From positions 3,272-67,271 of the forward strand of contig CAZYRT010000001.1 of NCBI GenBank assembly GCA_964650045.1: 64,000 nt of DNA, written 5' to 3'. The DNA comes from an uncultured Ruminococcus sp. Lineage in GTDB: Bacteria; Bacillota; Clostridia; Oscillospirales; CAG-382. How positions within the stretch are numbered: the first letter of the stretch is position 1; every line of letters begins with the position of its first letter. The notes below the pieces were generated by a model. It was not told the DNA's origin. It saw nothing but the letters and a program-made list of their open reading frames with translations, and did not search any database. This document shows, in pieces, positions 47,501-56,346 of the stretch. Made by a program: the position numbers and the translations under genes.

Positions 47501-48298
47501 ATGAAAATATCCACAGAAAACATAAAAAGAGTTGTGGTAAAAATAGGAACCTCTACTCTTACACACAACTCGGGTTTTATTAATATTCGCAAGATAAACA
47601 AGCTTATCGAAGCTCTTGCCGACCTTCACAACAGCGGAAAGGAAATTGTTTTTGTGTCCTCGGGCGCAGTTGCATGCGGTCTTGCGAAAATAGGCTTTTC
47701 CAGAGATACATTAACAACAGAGCAAAAGCAGGCTGCCGCCGCTGTGGGTCAATGCCAGCTTATCGATATGTATGCCCGCGGTTTTGCCGATTACGGCGCA
47801 ACGATTGCTCAGATACTCATTACAAGAAGCGTTATTGATGACCGTGAGCTTCGCGCTCATGCCAGCACAACCTTGGAAACGCTCCTTGCTCAGGGGATCA
47901 TTCCTATTGTTAATGAAAATGATACTATTTCCAATGAGCAGATCAAGATAGGAAGTAACGATACTCTTGCGGCAACCGTTGCAAGGCTTTCCAATGCAGA
48001 CCTGCTTATCAATATGTCGGATATCGACGGTCTTTATGATTCCGACCCCAGAAAGAACCCCGATGCAAAATTCATCGAATTTGTGCCCGAGGTTTCCGAT
48101 GAGGTTTATTCTTATGGTACTGGCGCAGGTACATCAAGAGGTACCGGCGGAATGGCAACAAAGCTTGAAAGCGCAAAATATGTTACCGAGCGCGGAATCC
48201 CCATGATAATCGTAAACGGTGCCGATACATCGATACTTTACGATATTTTTGACGGTGAATTTAAGGGAACCTATTTCGCCGCCAAGAATGTAAAATAA
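47501..48298 (+). CDS. proB: Glutamate 5-kinase (no PUA domain)
   Basis: VVKIGTSTLT..., VSSGAV, NENDT, and a GTGGM motif. Confidence 0.9.
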   Translation: MKISTENIKRVVVKIGTSTLTHNSGFINIRKINKLIEALADLHNSGKEIVFVSSGAVACGLAKIGFSRDTLTTEQKQAAAAVGQCQLIDMYARGFADYGATIAQILITRSVIDDRELRAHASTTLETLLAQGIIPIVNENDTISNEQIKIGSNDTLAATVARLSNADLLINMSDIDGLYDSDPRKNPDAKFIEFVPEVSDEVYSYGTGAGTSRGTGGMATKLESAKYVTERGIPMIIVNGADTSILYDIFDGEFKGTYFAAKNVK

Positions 48299-48994
48299 TT
48301 ATTTAAGAGTATTTTCTGTAGTCAGGAATTTAATGGAGCGTTCCACCGAATCCTTGGATTCACCCCAAGGGAGAGAATCGAATCGGTAATCAAATTTTTT
48401 GCAGAAAAGGGACACATCATCCTTAAGGCTGTTTAAATATACCGTTACCTTTTCGTTAGCTGCTTTTACAAATTCGGCATAATTTTCCTTTGTTAATGCG
48501 TTCTTTGCGGCAATAACATATTCACGGTAATGGGGCAGACAAAAATAGCGAACCTCTGAAAAAGATTGACGGAAATCCTTTTCTTCTGCATAAAGCTTTG
48601 ATGCGGTGGAAAGCATTTTTGAAAATTTATCCTCGATTCTTTCACAGATATAGCAATGTTCATTTAATCTTCCGATTCTTTCAACGCTTTTTGCGCCAAT
48701 GTCTTTGGAGAAAAAGTTCCCTGTTTTGATTTCCTTTTTCAGGGATTCAAGATGGCTTTCCAGCATAAGGGCAAGTTCAAGACGGTGCTTCATGCCGTAC
48801 ATCTTCTGAAAATGCTCGGCACAGAAGCCCTTTTCGTTGGTTTCGCTTCTTATATCGGGTTCCATCATAGATGCACCCAAAATTATTTCCAATTCGTCCT
48901 TTTCCAGCTTTTCTTTCAAAGCGCAAAAGGGACAGCGGGTTTTGTGCTGTTCAAAGGCTTCGGTAACGGGAATCGTATAAATATGTTCTTTCAT
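48299..48994 (-). CDS. Cys-rich hypothetical protein (two CxxC motifs)
   Basis: 231 aa with CPFC and CYIC motifs plus conserved-looking CAEH and CLPH. Its stop abuts the proB stop with zero spacing. Confidence 0.5.
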   Translation of the reverse strand: MKEHIYTIPVTEAFEQHKTRCPFCALKEKLEKDELEIILGASMMEPDIRSETNEKGFCAEHFQKMYGMKHRLELALMLESHLESLKKEIKTGNFFSKDIGAKSVERIGRLNEHCYICERIEDKFSKMLSTASKLYAEEKDFRQSFSEVRYFCLPHYREYVIAAKNALTKENYAEFVKAANEKVTVYLNSLKDDVSLFCKKFDYRFDSLPWGESKDSVERSIKFLTTENTLK

Positions 48995-49064
48995 TGCGGC
49001 TCCTTAACTTTTATTGGATTCATTATACATTATTTCTACCTAAAATACAAGAGGCATAAATTCT

Positions 49065-49904
49065 ATGAAACTCACTCAGCAGGGAAACGATTTGATATTA
49101 TCCGAAATCTCAAATTTCGACCCTTTTGTGTCTGCGGAATGCGGTCAATGCTTTCGGTTTGAGAAAATCAGCGAAGATGAATATTTTTTAATAGCCTGCA
49201 ACAGAGGTCTTAATGTAAAAAGGCTTTCCGACGGTTGGCTTTTTGCCGATATGAGCGAAGCGGAATTTAACGAAGGCTTTGTTTCCTATTTTGATTTGGA
49301 AAGAGATTACGGAAAAATAATCCAAGGCTTTTCCTTTGATGAAAATATTTCAAGAGGGGCAAAAGCAGGAAACGGAATAAGAATATTCCGCCAAGACCCT
49401 TGGGAAACACTTATATCCTTCATTATTTCTCAAAATAACAATATCCCCAGAATCAAAAAAATAATTTCTTCACTTTGTGCTCTCCTCGGTCAAAAGATTG
49501 CTGACGGTGTTTATTCCTTCCCCTCGGCAGAATGTATTTTAGACGCAGGATTGGAAGGCATTGCACCGATAAAAAGCGGGTTCCGCGGAAAATACATAAT
49601 CGATGCGGCAGAAAAGGTGGTTTCCAAGGAAATCGACCTTGACGAAATCGCGAACGTGGGATATGAAAAAGCATTGGAAAAGCTGAAAACCATAAAAGGT
49701 GTGGGCGATAAGGTTGCAAATTGCGTTCTCCTTTTCGGGTTCGGTTATTATAATGCCTTCCCTGTTGACGTTTGGGTAAAGAGGGTTATAGAAAAATACT
49801 ATGGCGGTTCCTTTGACTCGAAAGCATTGGGAGAATATGCAGGCATTGCTCAGCAATATCTTTTCCATTATGAAAGAAATATGACTAATAAACAAGACGT
49901 CTGA
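49065..49904 (+). CDS. ogg: 8-oxoguanine DNA glycosylase / AP lyase (OGG, HhH-GPD)
   Basis: ECGQCFRF N-domain. WETLISFIISQNNNIPRI. HhH-GPD loop IKGVGDKVANCVLLFG...PVDVW. Confidence 0.8.
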   Translation: MKLTQQGNDLILSEISNFDPFVSAECGQCFRFEKISEDEYFLIACNRGLNVKRLSDGWLFADMSEAEFNEGFVSYFDLERDYGKIIQGFSFDENISRGAKAGNGIRIFRQDPWETLISFIISQNNNIPRIKKIISSLCALLGQKIADGVYSFPSAECILDAGLEGIAPIKSGFRGKYIIDAAEKVVSKEIDLDEIANVGYEKALEKLKTIKGVGDKVANCVLLFGFGYYNAFPVDVWVKRVIEKYYGGSFDSKALGEYAGIAQQYLFHYERNMTNKQDV

Positions 49905-50020
49905 TACAAATCTGGCGTCTTATTTTTGTGTAATGTTCACAAAAAAACACAGAATCATTGACATAAAGAAATAAATTTTGTATAATGTACGAAGAAAAAT
50001 ACAATAAGGAGAAAAGTTTA

Positions 50021-52345
50021 ATGAAAATCACCAAAAGATTTCTTGCTCTTGGTCTGGTCGTTCTTATGCTGTTTTCAACATGTGTGGTTGCTAATGCAGC
50101 AAGCGGAAGCGCTACCTTGACCAAGGGAAGCACCTACACTATCGACAATGCAGTGTACTATTCTACTTATACTGTAAAAGGTACAAGTGCAAGTACAACT
50201 GCTCACGTTCTTGAATTTAATCCCGATGACGGTTATGTTCCCATGGCGTTCACCGGCGCGGCAGGTGACGTTCTTTCCGTTTCCGAGCAATATGCTGCGG
50301 CTGTTGCTCAGGGTTATGAGGTTGCAGGCGTTATCAACGGTTCCTTCTTTGATATGAACCGCGGTTCCTTGAACCAGGTTTTGATCAGTGAAGGAAGATT
50401 GATTTCCGCTGATATAAGCAATAGCGTAGGCGAAGTTGCTACCTTTGACACAGAAGGTAACATGGGTCACGGCTATAGCGTTCTTCATTTCGATATAACC
50501 TTTAACGGCACAACAGTTAAGGATTCCCTTGTTTCGGTTAACAAGAGATATCAATATATTGCCAATGCAAGCTCAACAAAGAGTTACACAGATCGTTTCT
50601 TCTATTATGACAGCAAGGTTGGAAGCGATGGATATTACGGCTTCACCAGCACCTCTGCAAACGGCTACGAAATTCTTTGTGAAAAGCTTGATTATACCGA
50701 AATCGCTGTAGGCAAGACCTTGAAGGCAAAGGTTATCAGCGTAAGCTCCGGCAGAAATTACGGTACCACAATTCCCACAAGCGATAATCAGTTTGTTCTT
50801 TTTGTAAAGAGCAGCTCTTCTTATGCATCCTATGCATCCAGCCTTTCCGCAGGCGCCTCTATCACCGTTTATTCCTACGAATCCAGCTCTACTCAGGCGA
50901 TGAACGATGCATATTCCACAATGAGTTCTGCTTATTACCTTGTTCAGAACGGTGTTGACAAATGTGCATCTTCTTCAAGCATCGGCGGACACAGCGTTAA
51001 CAGCTATGGAAGACCTTGGACTGCATTCGGTCAAAAGGCAGACGGTTCTTTTGTATATTTCATTTCCACAGGCGAAAAGATCGACCTTGCGGATGTTTCT
51101 GCAGCTATGATAAAGCTTGGCTGTGTAAATGTTATCCGTCTTGACGGCGGCGGATCCACCGCTATGTATGTAAACGGCAAGGGCTCTGTTTACACTCAGG
51201 GCAGAGATGTTGCCGATGCTCTTCTTATCGTAAAGAAATCCAGCCTTGAAGATACCGCTCTTACTGCAAAATTGGAAGAATCTGTTGCTCTTGCAAAGAC
51301 AATTTCCAATCCTACTGCTGAAATTTCCGCGGCAATCACCGAAGCTGACGCAGTTTTGGCAAACGCTTATCCTGCAAAGGGTCTTGTTAAGGTAGCTCTT
51401 TCCAAGGTTAACAACAAGGCAATACTTGGCAATCTTATTTCTCAGGCACAATCCGAATCCTCCTCTCACTATTCTACTGAGGATTACGCGACACTTCAAA
51501 CTGCTATCACCAACGGTAACAGTGTTTTGAATAATTCAAGTGCTACCGATGCACAAGTTTCTTCTGCTATCACTCAGCTTACTTCTGCTCTTGAGCTTTC
51601 CAATTATAATATGCTTTCCACAGGCAAATCCTACACAGTAGGCGGAGCAACAGCTTACACCGCTGATACAACCGATGACGGTGTGCGTTTGACAGACGGT
51701 GCTAAATGCAGTCTTGATCCCTTGACTTCTGATTATTCTGCATGGAAAGGCAATTATATTGATGACGGCGCAGGCGGAAAATATCAGACAATCACCGTTG
51801 ATTTGGGCGAATCCACCGTTTCCAATGTTTACAAGATCTATATGGCAAGCAACTTCTGGGGTGTTTCCGCTTCCGGATTCGTAAGTGTTTGGGGTTGTAA
51901 CACCAAAGACGGCACTTATACTCTTATCGGTTACGATGAAAGTCTTGAACAGGAAGCATCAGGTGTTTGTGCTTCTGTAGATAATTCCACAGTTATATCC
52001 TCTTCTATGACTATCTCCAGCGAAACAGCGCAGAATTACCGTTATATCAGATTCAATGTTTACCCCGGCGGATCCTTCCTTTGGGTAGATGAAGTTGAAG
52101 TAATTCGTGACGATTCTCTCCTTCCCGAAGAAGAACCTGCTCCTGCAACAGGCGTGGGCGACGTAAACAATGACGGCAAATTGACCGCGACCGACTATTT
52201 GATGCTCAAGAAAGTGGTTATGGACGTTATTTCCGTCAGCTCCTTGAAGGACCCCGACAACGCGTTTGCACGCTGTGACTATAACGGCGACGGCAAATTG
52301 ACCGCTATCGACTACTTCATGCTTAAAAAGGCTATGTTTGCATAA
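50021..52345 (+). CDS. Surface protein paralog 3: phosphodiester glycosidase-like, FIVAR-like, discoidin-like domain, type I dockerin
   Basis: ATG 50021 after AAGGAG. Signal peptide. VINGSFF and IRLDGGGSTAMY. YRYIRFNVYPGGSFLWVDEVE. Dockerin GDVNNDGKLTATDYLMLKK...CDYNGDGKLTAIDYFMLKK. Confidence 0.65.
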   Translation: MKITKRFLALGLVVLMLFSTCVVANAASGSATLTKGSTYTIDNAVYYSTYTVKGTSASTTAHVLEFNPDDGYVPMAFTGAAGDVLSVSEQYAAAVAQGYEVAGVINGSFFDMNRGSLNQVLISEGRLISADISNSVGEVATFDTEGNMGHGYSVLHFDITFNGTTVKDSLVSVNKRYQYIANASSTKSYTDRFFYYDSKVGSDGYYGFTSTSANGYEILCEKLDYTEIAVGKTLKAKVISVSSGRNYGTTIPTSDNQFVLFVKSSSSYASYASSLSAGASITVYSYESSSTQAMNDAYSTMSSAYYLVQNGVDKCASSSSIGGHSVNSYGRPWTAFGQKADGSFVYFISTGEKIDLADVSAAMIKLGCVNVIRLDGGGSTAMYVNGKGSVYTQGRDVADALLIVKKSSLEDTALTAKLEESVALAKTISNPTAEISAAITEADAVLANAYPAKGLVKVALSKVNNKAILGNLISQAQSESSSHYSTEDYATLQTAITNGNSVLNNSSATDAQVSSAITQLTSALELSNYNMLSTGKSYTVGGATAYTADTTDDGVRLTDGAKCSLDPLTSDYSAWKGNYIDDGAGGKYQTITVDLGESTVSNVYKIYMASNFWGVSASGFVSVWGCNTKDGTYTLIGYDESLEQEASGVCASVDNSTVISSSMTISSETAQNYRYIRFNVYPGGSFLWVDEVEVIRDDSLLPEEEPAPATGVGDVNNDGKLTATDYLMLKKVVMDVISVSSLKDPDNAFARCDYNGDGKLTAIDYFMLKKAMFA

Positions 52346-52365
52346 AAGTTAAACATCCAATAAGA

Positions 52366-52395
52366 AAGACCATCGGTTGCCCGATGGTCTTTTTG
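52366..52395 (+). terminator. Terminator of paralog 3
   Basis: AAGACCATCGG-TTGC-CCGATGGTCTT followed by TTTT. The stem is identical to the 44377 terminator. Confidence 0.85.
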
Positions 52396-52400
52396 TGTGA

Positions 52401-52451
52401 TTTAGTCCTCTCGGTGTGCTTACTTATAAGCAAATAAATATTCCGCGTGGG
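52401..52451 (+). repeat. R2 repeat, copy D
   Basis: TTTAGTCCTCTCGGTGTGCTTACTTATAAGCAAATAAATATTCCGCGTGGG. Confidence 0.75.
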
Positions 52452-52552
52452 TTTTAAACATAACAAATCCCCTATAGTTGTATTATTAGTACAGTCTATA
52501 TGGGCGCACATAAGGAATTAAAATATATAAAACCATAAATGCTTTTCAAACC

Positions 52553-52592
52553 ACCGAAAAAAGAGGACAGAGAACACAAAATTCTCTGTCCT
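52553..52592 (-). terminator. Terminator of the VTC operon
   Basis: AGGACAGAGAA-CACAAAA-TTCTCTGTCCT is an 11-bp stem. On the minus strand it is followed by CTTTTTT. Confidence 0.8.
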
Positions 52593-52639
52593 TTTCTCAC
52601 CGGTATGCATTATATAATATACTTTAAGTCAAGATTTTT

Positions 52640-54430
52640 TTAAAAAGGTCTGCCCATACCGCCGCTCGGCTTTTGGTGACCGCCGCCGAATCCGGGCGTT
52701 CCGCCCATACCGCCTGAGGCGCTGTATATCAAGGAATCCATTGTAATGGCGTAGGATTCTGTTCCTCCTGTATAAGCGGAATTTTGTGCGAAGCCGTGGC
52801 TGTCAGCGTTTGCTATTTCGGCACCTGTGATTATTTTATAGGAGCCGCCTTGCTGTATCTCGGGAGCTGTTATAACTGCACATTGATAGGATTTTTCGGG
52901 AGCAAAGGAAACGATGACATTTCCTTTTTCGTCGCAAACTGCAAAGGATTGCTTCGCGTTGCCTGAAACATTAATAAGCATTGCACCTTGGTTTTCTGCC
53001 TGAGTAAAGTTTTGCGCCATTCCCACAGCACCCGTGGCAATGAGCACTCCTCCTGTTACAGCGGCAGAGCCGTCAAAGTCAAATGCGCCGTTTCCGCTAT
53101 TGGTGGGACCCGAAACCAAAGTAACACCGCCCGAAACGGCAATCGTTCCGTTAGAGTCAATACCGTCGCCCGAAGCATTTACATACAGATAACCGCCTGT
53201 TATATAGATTTCTCCAACACCGTTTGAGAAACCACCCATGCCGGGACGTCCTCCCATAGCGGAGTTGTCGTTGCCGCCTGCGGCGTTCAAACCGTCATCG
53301 GAAGCAACAAGAGCGATATTTCCGCCGGTTACAAAAATACGGCTGCCCTCGATACCTTCATAGCTTTTTGAAATATTTATGTTGCCGCCCGAAATCGAAA
53401 GGTCTGTGTCGGCATGGATGCCGTCATCTCCGGAGGAAAGGGCGAAGGCTCCGTTTGTAATGGAAATAGTATTGTTGGAATGGATGCAGTCATCCATGGA
53501 TTGGATATCAAAGGTTCCGCCGTCTATAAGAATATCCGATGCCGCCTTGATGCCTTTTGCGGATTCACTTGATGCAGTAAGACCGTTTCCGCTTCCGCCT
53601 CCGGATACTATTGTAATATTTCCGTCTGTTATTTTAATAGCGGTTTCCGCTTGGATGCCGTCGTTTGCCGAGGTTATGGAAAGATCGCCGCTTTCAATAT
53701 AAACGAAACCTCTGTCCGTATCTTCGGCGTTGTCCGAACGAATACCGTCGGTTCCCGAATTGACAGTAATGCTGCATTGACTTAATTTAACACAGTCCTT
53801 GCCGTTCAAGCCTACGTTTTGGGAATTTACATTGAGAGAGAGGGATGAAACAACCAAATCGTCTTTCGAACAGATACCGTGCTTTGTGTTGCCGTTTACT
53901 GTTAATTTACCTGTGCCGTTGATAGTAAGGTCTGCACGGGAGAATATCGCCGCATCGATATCGGTTTCGTCAACATAGGAATATCCGTTCCCGTCGGAAA
54001 TGGTGTTTTCGGTGCCATCCTTGGCAGTTATAAATACCTTGTCGGCTGATTTTATATAAATTGCGGGTCCTTTTGAATTTTGGAGATTAACTTTATCCAG
54101 AACTATTTGTATTTTGTCTGTGTCTCCTGCTTCTACCAAAACCATTTGGTCGGTTATATCACCCGAAAGGATATAGGTTCCTTCGGTGGTTATATGATAA
54201 CCCTCGTCAGTTTTTTCTGCTTCGGAAACTTCGCTTTCGTCAACAGAATTTTCCTGATCACGGTTTGTCAGACTGAAATCCATTCCGCTTGTGTCTGCTG
54301 TGGAAAGGTTTTCAGGTACAGAGCCTTCCTCTATAGAAGGAACCGAAATGACCCCAGTCTCCTCCTCGTTTGAGCAGGCACAAAGTAAAAGTAATGAGAT
54401 GATCAGAACAAACGATAACAAGCGTTTCAC
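52640..54430 (-). CDS. Lipoprotein with Cthe_2159-like beta-helix repeats and a Gly-rich C-terminal tail
   Basis: GTG start overlaps the upstream TAG. Lipobox LLLCAC. ...GTYILSGDITDQMVLVEAGDTDKIQIVLDKVNLQNSKGPAIYIKSADKVFIT... followed by repeated DGI(H/Q/R/D)S turns. The tail is GGMGGTPGFGGGHQKPSGGMGRPF. Confidence 0.65.
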   Translation of the reverse strand: MKRLLSFVLIISLLLLCACSNEEETGVISVPSIEEGSVPENLSTADTSGMDFSLTNRDQENSVDESEVSEAEKTDEGYHITTEGTYILSGDITDQMVLVEAGDTDKIQIVLDKVNLQNSKGPAIYIKSADKVFITAKDGTENTISDGNGYSYVDETDIDAAIFSRADLTINGTGKLTVNGNTKHGICSKDDLVVSSLSLNVNSQNVGLNGKDCVKLSQCSITVNSGTDGIRSDNAEDTDRGFVYIESGDLSITSANDGIQAETAIKITDGNITIVSGGGSGNGLTASSESAKGIKAASDILIDGGTFDIQSMDDCIHSNNTISITNGAFALSSGDDGIHADTDLSISGGNINISKSYEGIEGSRIFVTGGNIALVASDDGLNAAGGNDNSAMGGRPGMGGFSNGVGEIYITGGYLYVNASGDGIDSNGTIAVSGGVTLVSGPTNSGNGAFDFDGSAAVTGGVLIATGAVGMAQNFTQAENQGAMLINVSGNAKQSFAVCDEKGNVIVSFAPEKSYQCAVITAPEIQQGGSYKIITGAEIANADSHGFAQNSAYTGGTESYAITMDSLIYSASGGMGGTPGFGGGHQKPSGGMGRPF

Positions 54431-55095
54431 TATATCGCCTCCGTACCTTCGGGAGCATCGAAAATGGAAATTTCAAGGTTGCCGTTTCGGCAACGAAGCT
54501 TGTCAATAAACTCTTGAATTTTAGCTTTGTCATTCATTTGTATTTTGTAGTGGAGCATATAAAGACTGCCCATATTGCTTGTCTTTACTTTGGTAAGAAT
54601 GTGCTTTTTGGTGTATGTTTTGAAAAGGTCATCGAAGCAATCGGAAAAATTAAGAGATTCGGGAATCATAATGTGAAGTTCCATATATCTTTCATCGCCT
54701 AAGGGGAGTACAGACAAAACGACCAGAACCAAGGAAACCAAAAATGTAAATATGACTGCGATTCCCAAAAATCCTGCGGCGCAGGCTATACCCGATGTCA
54801 TTGCAAGGAAAAGTGCTGCAATATCCTTTGCTTTTCCGGGAACCGAACGGAAACGAACCAATGAAAATGCACCCATGACAGCCACACCTGTTCCGATGTT
54901 TCCGTTTACCATGGTGATGACTAATTCAACTATCATAGGAAGGAGTACCAAGGATATCACAAAGCTTTTTGTAGGGGTATTTTTTATAGATGCGGCAACT
55001 GCAACAATAATTCCGCAGATCAATGCTGCACAGAGGCAATAGAGTTGGGTGGCGAAGGTTATTTCACCTTGTATTATTGAATCAAGTAAGGACAT
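54430..55095 (-). CDS. DUF4956-like multi-pass membrane protein
   Basis: ATG 55095 after AGGAG; the track start 55200 is an extension into the upstream gene. Four to five TM helices. GAFSLVRFRSVPG motif. Soluble C-terminal domain. Confidence 0.65.
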   Translation of the reverse strand: MSLLDSIIQGEITFATQLYCLCAALICGIIVAVAASIKNTPTKSFVISLVLLPMIVELVITMVNGNIGTGVAVMGAFSLVRFRSVPGKAKDIAALFLAMTSGIACAAGFLGIAVIFTFLVSLVLVVLSVLPLGDERYMELHIMIPESLNFSDCFDDLFKTYTKKHILTKVKTSNMGSLYMLHYKIQMNDKAKIQEFIDKLRCRNGNLEISIFDAPEGTEAI

Positions 55096-55822
55096 ATTCT
55101 TTTTCTCCTGTTTCTGTATTTTGTTGTGTATTTTCAAAAATGTGTGTGCGGTATGCTGTTCCGTATTTTGAGAAGGAAGCAGGCAATATTTTAAGGTCAT
55201 CTAGAGCATGGGAAAGCCAGACAGGCATTGCTCCGTCGGTTTTTATCTCCATTATAAATGTTTCTTTGGGAAGAAGCAAGGTTCCTTGGTTACCTTTTTC
55301 AAGAAAAAGGTTATCGGTGCGGAAGCGCACATTTGTATCAAAGGTTATTCTGAGGTTCGGCATATCTTTTATAAAATATGCTTCCCGTTCATAGGATATC
55401 ATGGCTTTGGGAACAGGCTTTTTGTAAAGCTCCATAGCATAATCGATCTCCGACATTATCTGGGATTCCTCGGGTTTGGTTCCATTTTCCAGATAATCCT
55501 CTGCTTGCTTTAATGTCATTGCAACTCTGCGTTTGTAAACAACGCCCTTGAATTTCTTTTTAATTTCAAGAAACACCTTTGTGTCAGAGTCGGGAACCCC
55601 GTAACAGCGAAGGCGAAGCTTTTCTTTGTATGTTTTCGCTTCCAGGGATCTTCGGATTATATAGAAATCGGGAGTATCAAGATAAAGGCTGGAAATTGTG
55701 CTTTTTCCGTACTTGTCGGGAATAAGATATTGAGATATCAGCCCCATAAGCTTTTCTTTTTCGTCATTTGAGATAATATATTTTTTCTCTATCCGCTTGA
55801 AAATGCAAATGTCCTTTGCCAT
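55082..55822 (-). CDS. VTC-domain (polyphosphate polymerase-like, CYTH/triphosphate tunnel) protein
   Basis: ATG 55822 after GGGAGGAAGG. N-terminal FKRIEKKYII (R-x-E-x-K-Y signature). About 246 aa and Lys/Arg/Glu-rich beta strands, typical of VTC-domain proteins. Confidence 0.7.
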   Translation of the reverse strand: MAKDICIFKRIEKKYIISNDEKEKLMGLISQYLIPDKYGKSTISSLYLDTPDFYIIRRSLEAKTYKEKLRLRCYGVPDSDTKVFLEIKKKFKGVVYKRRVAMTLKQAEDYLENGTKPEESQIMSEIDYAMELYKKPVPKAMISYEREAYFIKDMPNLRITFDTNVRFRTDNLFLEKGNQGTLLLPKETFIMEIKTDGAMPVWLSHALDDLKILPASFSKYGTAYRTHIFENTQQNTETGEKEYVLT

Positions 55823-56003
55823 ATCCTTCCTCCCTTCTTTAGAGTATAACATTACGTTTACATTATATTCGAATTTCTTAAATGAACCTAAAAGCTTTTG
55901 AAAAAATTTCTATAAAAAACTTTAGGGTTAGCGTTTGCTAACCTATTGAAATTCCATTTTGTTTGTGATATTATCTAATTAACAAAAACGGAGGTACTTA
56001 ATT

Positions 56004-56177
56004 ATGGCTTATACTATTAACAATGATGTTTGTCTCGGCTGCGGCGCTTGTGAAGCAGAATGTCCTGTAAGCGCAATTGCAGTTAACGAAGAAGGCAAAT
56101 ATGTTATCGACCCCGATACTTGTGTAGAATGCGGCGCATGTGCAGGTGTTTGCCCTGTTGATGCTCCCCAGGCATAA
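56004..56177 (+). CDS. 2x[4Fe-4S] ferredoxin
   Basis: Not in the ORF track (57 aa): MAYTINNDVCLGCGACEAECPVSAI...DPDTCVECGACAGVCPVDAPQA. Two CxxCxxCxxxCP motifs. GGAGG RBS. Confidence 0.93.
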   Translation: MAYTINNDVCLGCGACEAECPVSAIAVNEEGKYVIDPDTCVECGACAGVCPVDAPQA

Positions 56178-56191
56178 AGGGATTTTAAAAG

Positions 56192-56233
56192 AGCGCTGTT
56201 GTAAGCCAACGCTTGCGGCAGCGCTGTTTTTTT
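56192..56233 (+). terminator. Ferredoxin terminator
   Basis: AGCGCTG...CAGCGCT stem followed by GTTTTTTT. Confidence 0.75.
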
Positions 56234-56346
56234 GTTCAATGGGAGTTAATAGACATAATTTAAGAGTTAATTTTGCAAAGCGTTAATAGATTCATAATAA
56301 ATGTATGTTATAATTAAAATTGACAATGATTTAAGGATATAATGTT

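Noticed and set aside
56009-56239. 76-aa minus-strand ORF
   Set aside because: It is antisense to an unmistakable 2x[4Fe-4S] ferredoxin gene (56004-56177) that the track missed because it is under 60 aa.
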